The position numbers were made by a program, and so were the translations under genes. From an uncultured Gammaproteobacteria bacterium (GTDB taxonomy: Bacteria; Patescibacteriota; Patescibacteriia; Magasanikbacterales; GWA2-37-8), in assembly GCA_964641245.1 (NCBI GenBank), contig CAZXML010000006.1, positions 1 through 60,354 on the forward strand: a DNA stretch of 60,354 nucleotides, read 5' to 3'. Under the pieces are notes generated by a model. That model was not told the DNA's origin, did not search any database, and saw only the letters and a list, made by a program, of their open reading frames with translations. This document shows positions 34,914 to 42,999 of the stretch, one piece after another (positions within the stretch are counted from its first letter, which is position 1; each line of letters begins with the position of its first letter).

Positions 34914-35825
34914 ATGGGAAATGTAACTGTGTTTGGTAGTTTTATCGTTGACTTGGCTTTTCGGGGCGACCGTTTGCCGGTGCCCGGAGAAACTGTTTTC
35001 GGCAAGTTCATTATGGGTCCGGGCGGCAAAGGATCTAACCAAGCCGTCGCGGCCAAATTAGCCGGCGCCGATGTCAGTTTGATTACCGCGCTTGGCGAAG
35101 ATATTTTTGCGGATGTTGCTCTAAAATTCTACAAAGAAATTGGCATGAACGATGGGTTCATCTATCGCGCGAAGGACTCTCATACCGGCGTGGCCTCCAT
35201 CGGCGTGGAAACAAAGAGCGGCCAAAACCAAATAATGGTGGCTCCGGGAGCCTGTGATGAAATAAGCGAAGAAGTGATTCAAAAGGCAAGCGAATTTTTG
35301 CAGGCCAAGATCTTCTTAACGCAATTCGAATGCAACCTGGCCGCCGTTGTTCTGGCAATAACTCTGGCAAAAAATAAATACGGCGCCCTCACCATTTTGA
35401 ATCCGGCTCCGGCCAAGGAATTCGACAGCAGTGTTCTTTCCTGCGTGGATATTATCGTTCCCAACGAAACAGAGGCTTCCTTTATCACCGGCGTGCCTTT
35501 GGCGGAATACGAATTTCACAAGAAAGCGGCCGCGAAGCTGGCCGAGAAGGTAAGAACGGTTATCATCACGCTTGGCGGCAAGGGCGTTTACTGTCCATCG
35601 GTTTCCGAAGAAATACTTCCGGCATTCAAGGTCAAGGCAATCGACACGGCTGGCGCTGGTGATGCCTTCTGCGGAGTCTTGGCCGCGGCTCTGGCTGAAA
35701 ATCAACCGCTGGCAACGGCCATCAGATTCGCCCAAGCCGGCGCGGCCATTTCCGTTACCAGACACGGCACGGCTCCGGCCATGCCTCGCCGAGCAGAAAT
35801 AGAAGAACTTATTAAGAACGGATAA
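34914..35825 (+). CDS. rbsK: Ribokinase (PfkB family).
   Basis: GGKGSNQAVAAAKLAG-like block, NETEA, and the DTAGAGDAFCG anion hole. The start is moved to ATG 34914, after the RBS aaggaagg. Confidence 0.75.
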   Translation: MGNVTVFGSFIVDLAFRGDRLPVPGETVFGKFIMGPGGKGSNQAVAAKLAGADVSLITALGEDIFADVALKFYKEIGMNDGFIYRAKDSHTGVASIGVETKSGQNQIMVAPGACDEISEEVIQKASEFLQAKIFLTQFECNLAAVVLAITLAKNKYGALTILNPAPAKEFDSSVLSCVDIIVPNETEASFITGVPLAEYEFHKKAAAKLAEKVRTVIITLGGKGVYCPSVSEEILPAFKVKAIDTAGAGDAFCGVLAAALAENQPLATAIRFAQAGAAISVTRHGTAPAMPRRAEIEELIKNG

Positions 35826-35845
35826 ATTCCCTCTGTGGAATATAA

Positions 35846-35880
35846 ACGGATACGCCCGAAAAGGCTATCCGTATTTTATT
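35846..35880 (+). terminator. Rho-independent terminator after rbsK.
   Basis: ACGGATAcGCC-cgaaaa-GGCTATCCGT followed by ATTTTATTT. Confidence 0.6.
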
Positions 35881-35951
35881 TATTTGCATTTTTTATTTAA
35901 GTAGTATAAGATTTTGTCTAGGTACAAACCTCAACAAGAAGGAGAAACACA

Positions 35952-36734
35952 ATGGACGCGAACAAGCCGATCAAAGAAGATGGCCGCACTTATCATCTGG
36001 AAACTTTGCCGGGTGACATTGCTCCGCACTGTCTACTCGTCGGTTCTCCCGAACGGGCCGAGATGATTGCCGCAAACTTGTTCAAGAACGGGACTCTCGT
36101 CGGTCACCATCGTGGTCTCATGTCTTTCACCGGAAGTGTGGAAGGAGTACCGATGTCGGTGGTCACTACCGGGATGGGAGACGCCTCTACTGGCATTGTT
36201 TTGCCCGAGGCATTCTATTCCGGCGCGAAGAGGCTCATCCGGGTAGGTTCCTGTTCCACTTTGTGGAAAGAGCCGAGGCCAGGCGATTCAGCGATCTGTA
36301 CTGCGGCTGTCCGTTATGAAGGCGCCTCAAAAGACTGGGCGCCCATTGAATACCCGACGGTGTCGGATTATCGCGTCGTCCGCGCGCTAGTCGAAGCGGC
36401 AGAACAGCTCAATCTGCCACATCACGTTGGCATCGGCGCCACCACGAGTGACTTCGTCGCGGGTCAAGGTCGGCCGGACATTAACGGCTACCTCTCGCCC
36501 CGAATGCTTGCTCGACACGAGGAATTGATCCAGCTTGGCGTCCTTTTTTACTCGATGGAAGAAGCGACGATCTTCGTATGGTGTACCGCTATCGGCAAGA
36601 ACATTTGGGCCGGCGCGGTGGACGCGATCTATGGCAACCGCATTACCAACGAGTTTGAGGTTTGCGGTGAAGAAGAAGCAGCCGAGATTGCCATAAAGGC
36701 CTTGCTGATTCTCAATGAGCGTTACCCGCTCTAG
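35952..36734 (+). CDS. Nucleoside phosphorylase, PNP_UDP_1 family (uridine-phosphorylase-like).
   Basis: YHLETLPGDIAPHCLLVGSPERAEMIA, VTTGMGDAS, RVGSCS and EEATIF motifs. Confidence 0.7.
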   Translation: MDANKPIKEDGRTYHLETLPGDIAPHCLLVGSPERAEMIAANLFKNGTLVGHHRGLMSFTGSVEGVPMSVVTTGMGDASTGIVLPEAFYSGAKRLIRVGSCSTLWKEPRPGDSAICTAAVRYEGASKDWAPIEYPTVSDYRVVRALVEAAEQLNLPHHVGIGATTSDFVAGQGRPDINGYLSPRMLARHEELIQLGVLFYSMEEATIFVWCTAIGKNIWAGAVDAIYGNRITNEFEVCGEEEAAEIAIKALLILNERYPL

Positions 36735-36968
36735 GCTTCCGTGATACGGGTATACTATCCTCTTAAAAATAACCAAGGAGTAAACTTATGGACTGTCTTG
36801 CGCAAAGGCAGTCCTTCTAATTTAGAAAATTATTTTGATGGAAAAAATTACAGCGCTTAGCGCTGTGGATAACTAATCAAGCACGTCTTTTTTCCTTTTG
36901 TTTAAAGCAAAAAAGAAACATTTGGAGCATTGTTTCAAAAATGCTATAATGTCTTTACCCTAATCTTT

Positions 36969-37016
36969 TTACTATATGTTGTGGTCAAAAATAATTTGTG
37001 CTACAATATGTAGGAA
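36969..37016 (+). promoter_or_regulatory. Two NrdR-box-like palindromes overlapping an extended -10 promoter upstream of nrdJ.
   Basis: CTATATGTTG (36972-36981) and CAATATGTAG (37004-37013) both fit the remembered core CwAtATaTwG. They are 32 bp apart centre to centre. TGcTACAAT is at 36999-37007 and TTGTGG lies 17 nt upstream. Confidence 0.45.
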
Positions 37017-37049
37017 CGGGGTTTAAGCCGCAATTAACTAAATTTCCAT

Positions 37050-40000
37050 ATGCAAAACGCCTTAGCCACTAAAACATTCGTCGTAGATAATGATTTTAAG
37101 TACTCCACGGAAGGGCTTCGTTTTGCCCGGCTTTTTACCAAAGATGGCGTTAGCCCGTTTGATATGTTTTCATACGAACTGCGTCCTTCTTTAATCCGCG
37201 AACCGAGCGGCCAAATTGTCTTTGAAATGAAGGAAGTAGAGGTGCCAAAAACCTGGACTCAAGTGGCCACCGATATTTTAGCGCAAAAATACTTCCGCAA
37301 GGCCGGCGTGCCTCAATATAATGCCGACGGCACCCCGGAGTTGAATCAAGACGGCAGTCCCGTTTTAGGGCCGGAGCATAGTGTAAAGCAGGTGGCTCAC
37401 CGTTTGGCTGGCACGTGGCGTTACTGGGGAGAAAAATACGGATATTTTGCTAGCGCCCAGGATGCGCAAGTTTTTTACGATGAACTGGTATTCATGTTAA
37501 TTTCCCAACGCGTTGCGCCAAACTCACCGCAATGGTTTACCACCGGTTTGTATTGGGCTTATGGAATTAACGGTCCGGCGCAAGGCCATTATTATCCGGA
37601 TCCAGATAATAATGGAGCCGTCACGCGCTCACCGGATGCTTATTCCAGAAACCAGCCCCACGCTTGTTTTATTCAATCAATTAAAGATGATTTGGTAAAC
37701 GATGGTGGTATTATGGATTTGTGGATACGCGAAGCCAGATTATTTAAATACGGCAGTGGTACCGGCACTAACTTTTCCACTTTGCGCGGTACCGGAGAAA
37801 AACTTTCCGGAGGCGGCACTTCTTCCGGCTTAATGAGCTTCTTAAAAATAGGCGACCGCGCTGCCGGCGCTATAAAATCCGGAGGCACCACCCGCCGCGC
37901 CGCGAAAATGGTTGTTTTAAACATAGATCATCCGGACATAGAAGAATTTATTGAATGGAAAGTAAAAGAGGAAAAAAAGGTAGCCGCTCTTATCGCCGCC
38001 GGTTATGATTCGGCCTACGAAGGCGAAGCCTATCAAACTGTTTCCGGACAAAACTCCAACAATTCCGTACGCGTTACCCATGATTTTTTGGAAACCGTAG
38101 AAAACAATAAAGACTGGAATTTAATCGGACGCAAAAATGGAGACATCATAAAAACCCTGCCCGCCCGCCAGCTTTGGGACAAGATTGCCAGCGCCGCTTG
38201 GGCTTGCGCCGATCCAGGAGTTCAATTTGATACTAACATAAATGAATGGCACACTTGTTTATCATCCGGACGCATCAACGCTTCCAACCCCTGTAGTGAA
38301 TACATGTTTTTAGATGACACCGCTTGCAATTTGGCCTCCATAAATTTGGGTCATTATTATGATGTTGATACTTTAAGTTTTGATGTGGATGATTTTAAGT
38401 ACACCACCAGAATGTGGACCGTAGTTTTGGAAATCAGTATTTTAATGGCGCAATTTCCCGGTCCGGAAATAGCCCAGAACAGTTATCTTTTCCGCACCTT
38501 GGGTTTGGGCTATGCAAATATTGGCAGTGTACTCATGACTGCCGGTATTCCCTATGATTCTCCGGAGGCCATGGGTTTTGCCGGCACCATTACCGCTTTA
38601 ATGACCGCCGAGTCTTATGTTGCTTCGGCTGAAATGGCCAAATTTATGGGCCCATTTGCCGAATATAATAAGAACCGCGAAGATATGTTGCGGGTAATAC
38701 GCAATCACCGCCGGGCCGCTTTTAATGTCCGTGAAGATGAATACGAAAATCTGTCGGTAAAACCAATGGGAATAAATCCGGAATTTGTGCCTGCCTATTT
38801 GTTGGTCGCCGCCCGTGAAAGTTGGAATAAAGCTCTGGAAATGGGAGAGCAATACGGTTATCGTAACGCGCAAACAACTTTGCTCGCTCCTACCGGTACC
38901 ATTGGTTTGTTAATGGACTGCGCCACCACCGGTGTGGAACCGGATTTCGCTTTGGTAAAGTTTAAAAAATTGGCCGGTGGCGGTTACTTCAAAATTGTAA
39001 ACGAATCCGTACCTGTCGCATTACGTGTTATGGGTTATACGGAAATACAAATAAACGACATTATAAATTATTTACGCGGTCATGCTACATTAAAAAACGC
39101 TCCACACATCAATCATCAAACTCTAAAAGAGAAAGGTTTTACCGATGAAGAATTGGCCAAGGTGGAGAAATCATTATCCAAAATTTTTGAATTGGCCTTT
39201 GCTTTTAATGTCTGGACATTGGGTGAGGATTGTTTAAAGCGTTTGGGTTTCACTAGCGAGCAGTATAATGACAACAACTTTAATGTATTATCTGTTTTAG
39301 GATTTAATGCCGAGCAAATTTTGGCAGCCAATGAATATGTTTGCGGAGCCATGACCATCGAAGGCGCGCCGCATTTGCGCAAAGAACATTACGCCGTGTT
39401 TGATACGGCCAATAAAAACGGCAAAAAAGGTTTGCGCTACATCCATTATTTAGGACACATCCGCATGATGGCCGCGGTGCAACCATTTTTATCCGGCGCT
39501 ATTTCCAAAACCATCAACATGCCAAACGAAGCAACGCTAGACGATGTGAAGACAGCTTATGTTGCTTCCTGGAAATTAGGGCTCAAGGCCATGGCTTTGT
39601 ATCGCGACGGTTGTAAGTTGTCTCAACCCTTATCCGCCAAATCGGACAAAAAGAAAGGGGATAAAAAAGATGAGAATGAAATAGAAAAACAAGAAATTAA
39701 GAAATTAGGAAATGAAGAAATTGGGAAATTAAAAAGTGATGAAATTGAGAAATTGGGAAATAAAGAAATTGAAGTTGTGGTAAAGCATAATGCCGACGGT
39801 TCCATTTCCGGAACCAGAATTTATACGCACAATGAACAACACAAATTGCCGTATAAACGCAGTGGTGTAACCATCAAAACAAAAGTTTCCGGTCAGACTA
39901 TATTCTTACGGACCGGTGAATATCCGGATGGTAAATTAGGAGAAATATTTATTGACATGCACAAAGAAGGCGCCGCTTTCCGAAGCATGTTAAATTTATT

Positions 40001-40496
40001 CGCTATTTCTATTTCTACCGGCCTGCAATACGGAGTTCCGTTGGAAGAATATGTAGAAAAGTTTACGTTTACGCGCTTTGAACCCAGCGGTATTACCGAC
40101 CACCCCAATGTTAAATTCTGCACTTCTATAATAGACTTTTTATTTCGCGTATTGGGCATGGAATATCTGGGCCGCACCGATTTTGTGCAGGTAAAACCAA
40201 ACGGAATTCAAAAAAATAAAGCCGAACAAATGGAACAGCTGGCCGCAAAACTGGGTGGGCAACACGCGATGTCTCTAAATGATGAAGTTGGTAAAAATGG
40301 TCAAATTGTTCAGGCAACGTTGCCAAATATGCCTAAAGCCGGCTCTGCGCATGAGGCCGAAGGTAATTCGATTAATAAACAATTATCCGGAATGATGGGC
40401 GATGCGCCGTCATGTGGAACTTGCGGACACATTACAATCCGAAGCGGCAGTTGCTACAAGTGTTTAAATTGCGGTAGCACGACGGGGTGTAGTTAG
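37050..40496 (+). CDS. nrdJ: Adenosylcobalamin-dependent (class II) ribonucleotide reductase.
   Basis: NPCSEY active-site Cys loop, GGTTRRAAKM, and ISKTINMP. The C-terminal tail is CGTCGH...CYKCLNCG. Confidence 0.9.
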   Translation: MQNALATKTFVVDNDFKYSTEGLRFARLFTKDGVSPFDMFSYELRPSLIREPSGQIVFEMKEVEVPKTWTQVATDILAQKYFRKAGVPQYNADGTPELNQDGSPVLGPEHSVKQVAHRLAGTWRYWGEKYGYFASAQDAQVFYDELVFMLISQRVAPNSPQWFTTGLYWAYGINGPAQGHYYPDPDNNGAVTRSPDAYSRNQPHACFIQSIKDDLVNDGGIMDLWIREARLFKYGSGTGTNFSTLRGTGEKLSGGGTSSGLMSFLKIGDRAAGAIKSGGTTRRAAKMVVLNIDHPDIEEFIEWKVKEEKKVAALIAAGYDSAYEGEAYQTVSGQNSNNSVRVTHDFLETVENNKDWNLIGRKNGDIIKTLPARQLWDKIASAAWACADPGVQFDTNINEWHTCLSSGRINASNPCSEYMFLDDTACNLASINLGHYYDVDTLSFDVDDFKYTTRMWTVVLEISILMAQFPGPEIAQNSYLFRTLGLGYANIGSVLMTAGIPYDSPEAMGFAGTITALMTAESYVASAEMAKFMGPFAEYNKNREDMLRVIRNHRRAAFNVREDEYENLSVKPMGINPEFVPAYLLVAARESWNKALEMGEQYGYRNAQTTLLAPTGTIGLLMDCATTGVEPDFALVKFKKLAGGGYFKIVNESVPVALRVMGYTEIQINDIINYLRGHATLKNAPHINHQTLKEKGFTDEELAKVEKSLSKIFELAFAFNVWTLGEDCLKRLGFTSEQYNDNNFNVLSVLGFNAEQILAANEYVCGAMTIEGAPHLRKEHYAVFDTANKNGKKGLRYIHYLGHIRMMAAVQPFLSGAISKTINMPNEATLDDVKTAYVASWKLGLKAMALYRDGCKLSQPLSAKSDKKKGDKKDENEIEKQEIKKLGNEEIGKLKSDEIEKLGNKEIEVVVKHNADGSISGTRIYTHNEQHKLPYKRSGVTIKTKVSGQTIFLRTGEYPDGKLGEIFIDMHKEGAAFRSMLNLFAISISTGLQYGVPLEEYVEKFTFTRFEPSGITDHPNVKFCTSIIDFLFRVLGMEYLGRTDFVQVKPNGIQKNKAEQMEQLAAKLGGQHAMSLNDEVGKNGQIVQATLPNMPKAGSAHEAEGNSINKQLSGMMGDAPSCGTCGHITIRSGSCYKCLNCGSTTGCS

Positions 40497-40500
40497 AGAT

Positions 40501-40594
40501 TTATCCAGATATCCAGATAATCCAGATTTACGGATATTGAACCGTTAGTTTGGAGTATCATCTGTAAATCTGGATTATCCGTAAATCCGGATAA
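40501..40594. repeat. Word-stutter hairpin built from ATCCAGAT / TTACGGAT words, between nrdJ and the adenosyltransferase gene.
   Basis: The left arm is ttatccagatatccagataatccagatttacggat. The right arm is atctgtaaatctggattatccgtaaatccggataa. Several pairing registers are possible. Confidence 0.8.
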
Positions 40595-40598
40595 CACT

Positions 40599-41180
40599 AT
40601 GAAAATATATACAAAAACCGGTGACAAAGGAGAGACGGGTCTGTTGGGCGGTGTTAGGGTTGATAAGAATTGCATAGAAATGCAACTCATTGGCGAAACC
40701 GACGAATTAAACGCCGCGCTGGGTGTGGTTGTGGCTTCACTCAACTGTCATCCTGAACTTGTTTCAGGATCTTTGGTTCAATTTCTCCAAAACATCCAGC
40801 GCGATTTATTTAAAATCGGGGCCGAGTTCGCTTCTCTGCAAACACCTCTGTCGGAACGCGTAGAAAAAATAAACGAAAGCAGAGTTATAGAAATGGAAAA
40901 AATGATTGATGAATTTTGGTCGGAACTTTCGGAACTTAAAAATTTTATTCTTCCGGGTGGTAGCCAGGCCGGCGCGCATCTTCATCTGGCGCGGACTATT
41001 TGCCGGCGGTTAGAGCGGGAACTGGTAGCGTTTGGCAAAAGTCAAATGTCAAATGTCAAAAGTCCAAAGTCCAATCTACGTCCCGAACTTTATATTTATT
41101 TAAACCGTCTTAGTGATTTTTTATTTGCCGCCGCGCGGTGGGTGAATTTTAAAGCGGGGGAGGAGGAGATAAAAGTATAA
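40599..41180 (+). CDS. pduO: PduO-type ATP:cob(I)alamin adenosyltransferase.
   Basis: MKIYTKTGDKGETGL N-terminus, DELNAALG, and IQRDLFKIGAE. Confidence 0.85.
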   Translation: MKIYTKTGDKGETGLLGGVRVDKNCIEMQLIGETDELNAALGVVVASLNCHPELVSGSLVQFLQNIQRDLFKIGAEFASLQTPLSERVEKINESRVIEMEKMIDEFWSELSELKNFILPGGSQAGAHLHLARTICRRLERELVAFGKSQMSNVKSPKSNLRPELYIYLNRLSDFLFAAARWVNFKAGEEEIKV

Positions 41181-41184
41181 TAAA

Positions 41185-41204
41185 AGGAACGATTTCTCGT
41201 TCCT
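41185..41204. terminator. Hairpin between convergent genes.
   Basis: AGGAACGA-tttc-TCGTTCCT. Confidence 0.5.
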
Positions 41205-41222
41205 CGGGTAGTAGCTAAAGTT

Positions 41223-41588
41223 CTATTGCCTGACGAGTTCGGCTCGCAGTCTGTCCGGCCGGTCTGGGAAATGTTCACCACGGAAAAACAGAGCGGCCCA
41301 ATTATCAGGTTGCCAACCTTCTTGAATCCAATGAATCCAATAACCCAATGCGGCTTGTTGTCCGTATTGTGGATTTCCAGGATATGGCATGTAACCAGTC
41401 TCGTCATCAATCTTAATTACATCGTTGAAAAGGACACTTCCGTCGGCGTTATAGATTGTGAGTCTGTCGCCGGGTTGAAGTAAAACCAAGGCATCATACC
41501 CTTGTTTTCCGTCTTCCATAAGAGACCACATCACTCCTTCGGTACCAGTCTCAAAATAGTAGTCTAAAACTCCGCTGTATTGCCGCAT
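41223..41588 (-). CDS. Hypothetical protein in a G+C-rich islet.
   Basis: A 121-aa ORF with no recognisable motif. Its composition is clearly richer in G+C than the neighbours. Confidence 0.45.
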   Translation of the reverse strand: MRQYSGVLDYYFETGTEGVMWSLMEDGKQGYDALVLLQPGDRLTIYNADGSVLFNDVIKIDDETGYMPYPGNPQYGQQAALGYWIHWIQEGWQPDNWAALFFRGEHFPDRPDRLRAELVRQ

Positions 41589-41619
41589 GGTTTTCCTTCC
41601 TTCCGTTTTGGTTGATTGT

Positions 41620-42165
41620 TTACTTGTCGGCCTTCACCGCCATCGCATCCATCATGGTGCGGTTGGTGATGTGAAACTGGCAGGCCGGTTCGTGGTTGTC
41701 GCTGGGGAGAAAGAACTCATACTCCGCGTCCAGGGTTCCGTCATTGTGGAGACGGAGTTCGTTGGCGGAGATGGCCACCTTCACGTTGGTGGCGCATAGG
41801 TATTCGTTGTTGCTGGGCACGTTTTTGCCAACGTGCATCTGGTCATCCGAATTTCGGATAACAACGTTTTGCCAGACCTGCCTGATGTTGAATGACATCT
41901 CCGGGTAACCGGTGTAGAAAACGCATACTACGAATTCGCTGTCAGAATTCCCCCGGTCGCATTGCGTATAGATTGTACCGCCATCCACCACTTTTGCTTC
42001 CAAAATGAAGCTGTGGTCCGCGGAGTCAGATGGAACATCTTCCTTAGCGAAGGTTACCGACACTACATAGGATGGTTCGTAATTGGTTTCTCTGCCCGAC
42101 CGGTAGGTCGTGGCACAGCCAAATGTCAAACCAATTACAATGAATGTCATCATCATTCTGCGCAT
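41620..42165 (-). CDS. Hypothetical lipoprotein in a G+C-rich islet.
   Basis: MRRMMMTFIVIGLTFGCATTY matches a lipobox (L-T-F-G-C). Confidence 0.5.
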   Translation of the reverse strand: MRRMMMTFIVIGLTFGCATTYRSGRETNYEPSYVVSVTFAKEDVPSDSADHSFILEAKVVDGGTIYTQCDRGNSDSEFVVCVFYTGYPEMSFNIRQVWQNVVIRNSDDQMHVGKNVPSNNEYLCATNVKVAISANELRLHNDGTLDAEYEFFLPSDNHEPACQFHITNRTMMDAMAVKADK

Positions 42166-42240
42166 CGTCTGCCTCCGTTGTTGGGTGTGTATTTCATCCT
42201 AGATTAAAAGGCGCGAATTGTCAATATATGAGTAATTAAA

Positions 42241-42267
42241 AATCATCCCGATTATATCGGGATGATT
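42241..42267 (-). terminator. Terminator hairpin downstream of tRNA-Leu(TAA).
   Basis: AATCATCCCGA-ttata-TCGGGATGATT, with a T-run on the minus strand (the A-run at 42236-42240). Confidence 0.6.
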
Positions 42268-42273
42268 TGTTTG

Positions 42274-42356
42274 TGCCCAGGGCGGGAGTCGAACCCGCAT
42301 GACCGAAGTCGCAGGATTTTAAGTCCTGTGTGGCTGACCAGTTACACCACCTGGGC
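42274..42356 (-). tRNA. tRNA-Leu (anticodon TAA).
   Basis: Minus-strand parse: acceptor GCCCAGG/CCTGGGC. Anticodon arm is CAGGA-CTTAAAA-TCCTG. Long variable arm is CGACTTCGGTCAT. T arm is GCGGG-TTCGACT-CCCGC. Confidence 0.85.
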
Positions 42357-42359
42357 ATA

Positions 42360-42833
42360 TTATTGTTTTTTTCTTCTTCCTCGATGTGTTGGTTTTAGAC
42401 TATGGCAATTTGGACATAAAACCCGTAAATTTTCTAACCTATTATCGTGTCGGTCTCCGTTTATATGGTCAAGTTCAAGTGGTAAATAACCGTCAGGTGT
42501 TTGTACCGCCCAACCACATTCTTCACAATGCTTTGGTTTTAAATTAGCCGTGAATAGCCGTTTTTTTAATTTAAAACTTTGGAAGTAAGTACCTTTGGCA
42601 AGAATTTTTTCCAAGGGTATGCGCGCTACACCAACTCCGCGTAGCCCCGCATTCCAACCACGGCCTTTGAAGTGCGCAATATCCAATTTATATTCTATAA
42701 GATATTTTTTTACCTGCTCATAATTACCCCCAGCTTCTCGCAATCCTAATCTTGTTAATACCTGTCGATAACTGAAACATTCTTTAGCCGCTTTTTTTAA
42801 TTGCTCCATTGTCCATTTTCTTTTTCTATTCAT
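42360..42833 (-). CDS. HNH endonuclease (free-standing, homing-endonuclease-like).
   Basis: CEECGW...LELDHINGDRHDNRLENLRVLCPNCH. The stop codon is 3 nt from the 5' end of tRNA-Leu. Confidence 0.75.
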   Translation of the reverse strand: MNRKRKWTMEQLKKAAKECFSYRQVLTRLGLREAGGNYEQVKKYLIEYKLDIAHFKGRGWNAGLRGVGVARIPLEKILAKGTYFQSFKLKKRLFTANLKPKHCEECGWAVQTPDGYLPLELDHINGDRHDNRLENLRVLCPNCHSLKPTHRGRRKKQ

Positions 42834-42950
42834 AGTGCCAGTATTATATCATAACGGAAGAGATATAACAACAGCAGTATTCTTTGTCTACCATTTAGAC
42901 GAAGAACGAAAACTGTAAAAATATTATCACAATCCGCGGTAAATTACAAG

Positions 42951-42982
42951 ACCAGCCTTCGCTAAAGCTTCGGCACGGCAAG
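42951..42982 (+). repeat. Copy B of the 31-nt CCTTCGCTAAAGCTTCGGCnnGGCAAG motif.
   Basis: accagccttcgctaaagcttcggcacggcaag. Confidence 0.7.
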
Positions 42983-42984
42983 TG

Positions 42985-42993
42985 TGGTATAAT
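42985..42993 (+). promoter_or_regulatory. Extended -10 element, TGgTATAAT, ending 6 nt before the ATG of the pilin-like gene.
   Basis: tgGTATAAT at 42985-42993; ATG at 43000. Confidence 0.4.
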
Positions 42994-42999
42994 ATCTCC

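Noticed and set aside
34103-35765. Long overlapping ORFs in the salvage islet (34103..34639, 34302..34550, 35316..35765, 35158..35370 and others).
   Set aside because: They are Arg/Ser/Pro-rich translations antisense to, or out of frame with, genes that carry clear catalytic motifs. This is the typical by-product of locally high G+C.
37017-37049. A cobalamin riboswitch upstream of the B12-dependent reductase.
   Set aside because: The distance between the candidate promoter and the start codon is only about 35-100 nt, which is far too short for a ~200-nt cobalamin aptamer. No B12-box-like sequence was seen.
39641-39775. An intein in NrdJ.
   Set aside because: The insert is about 45 aa of Lys/Glu low-complexity repeats. 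It has no intein blocks: no N-terminal Cys/Ser nucleophile context and no terminal His-Asn + Cys/Ser/Thr.
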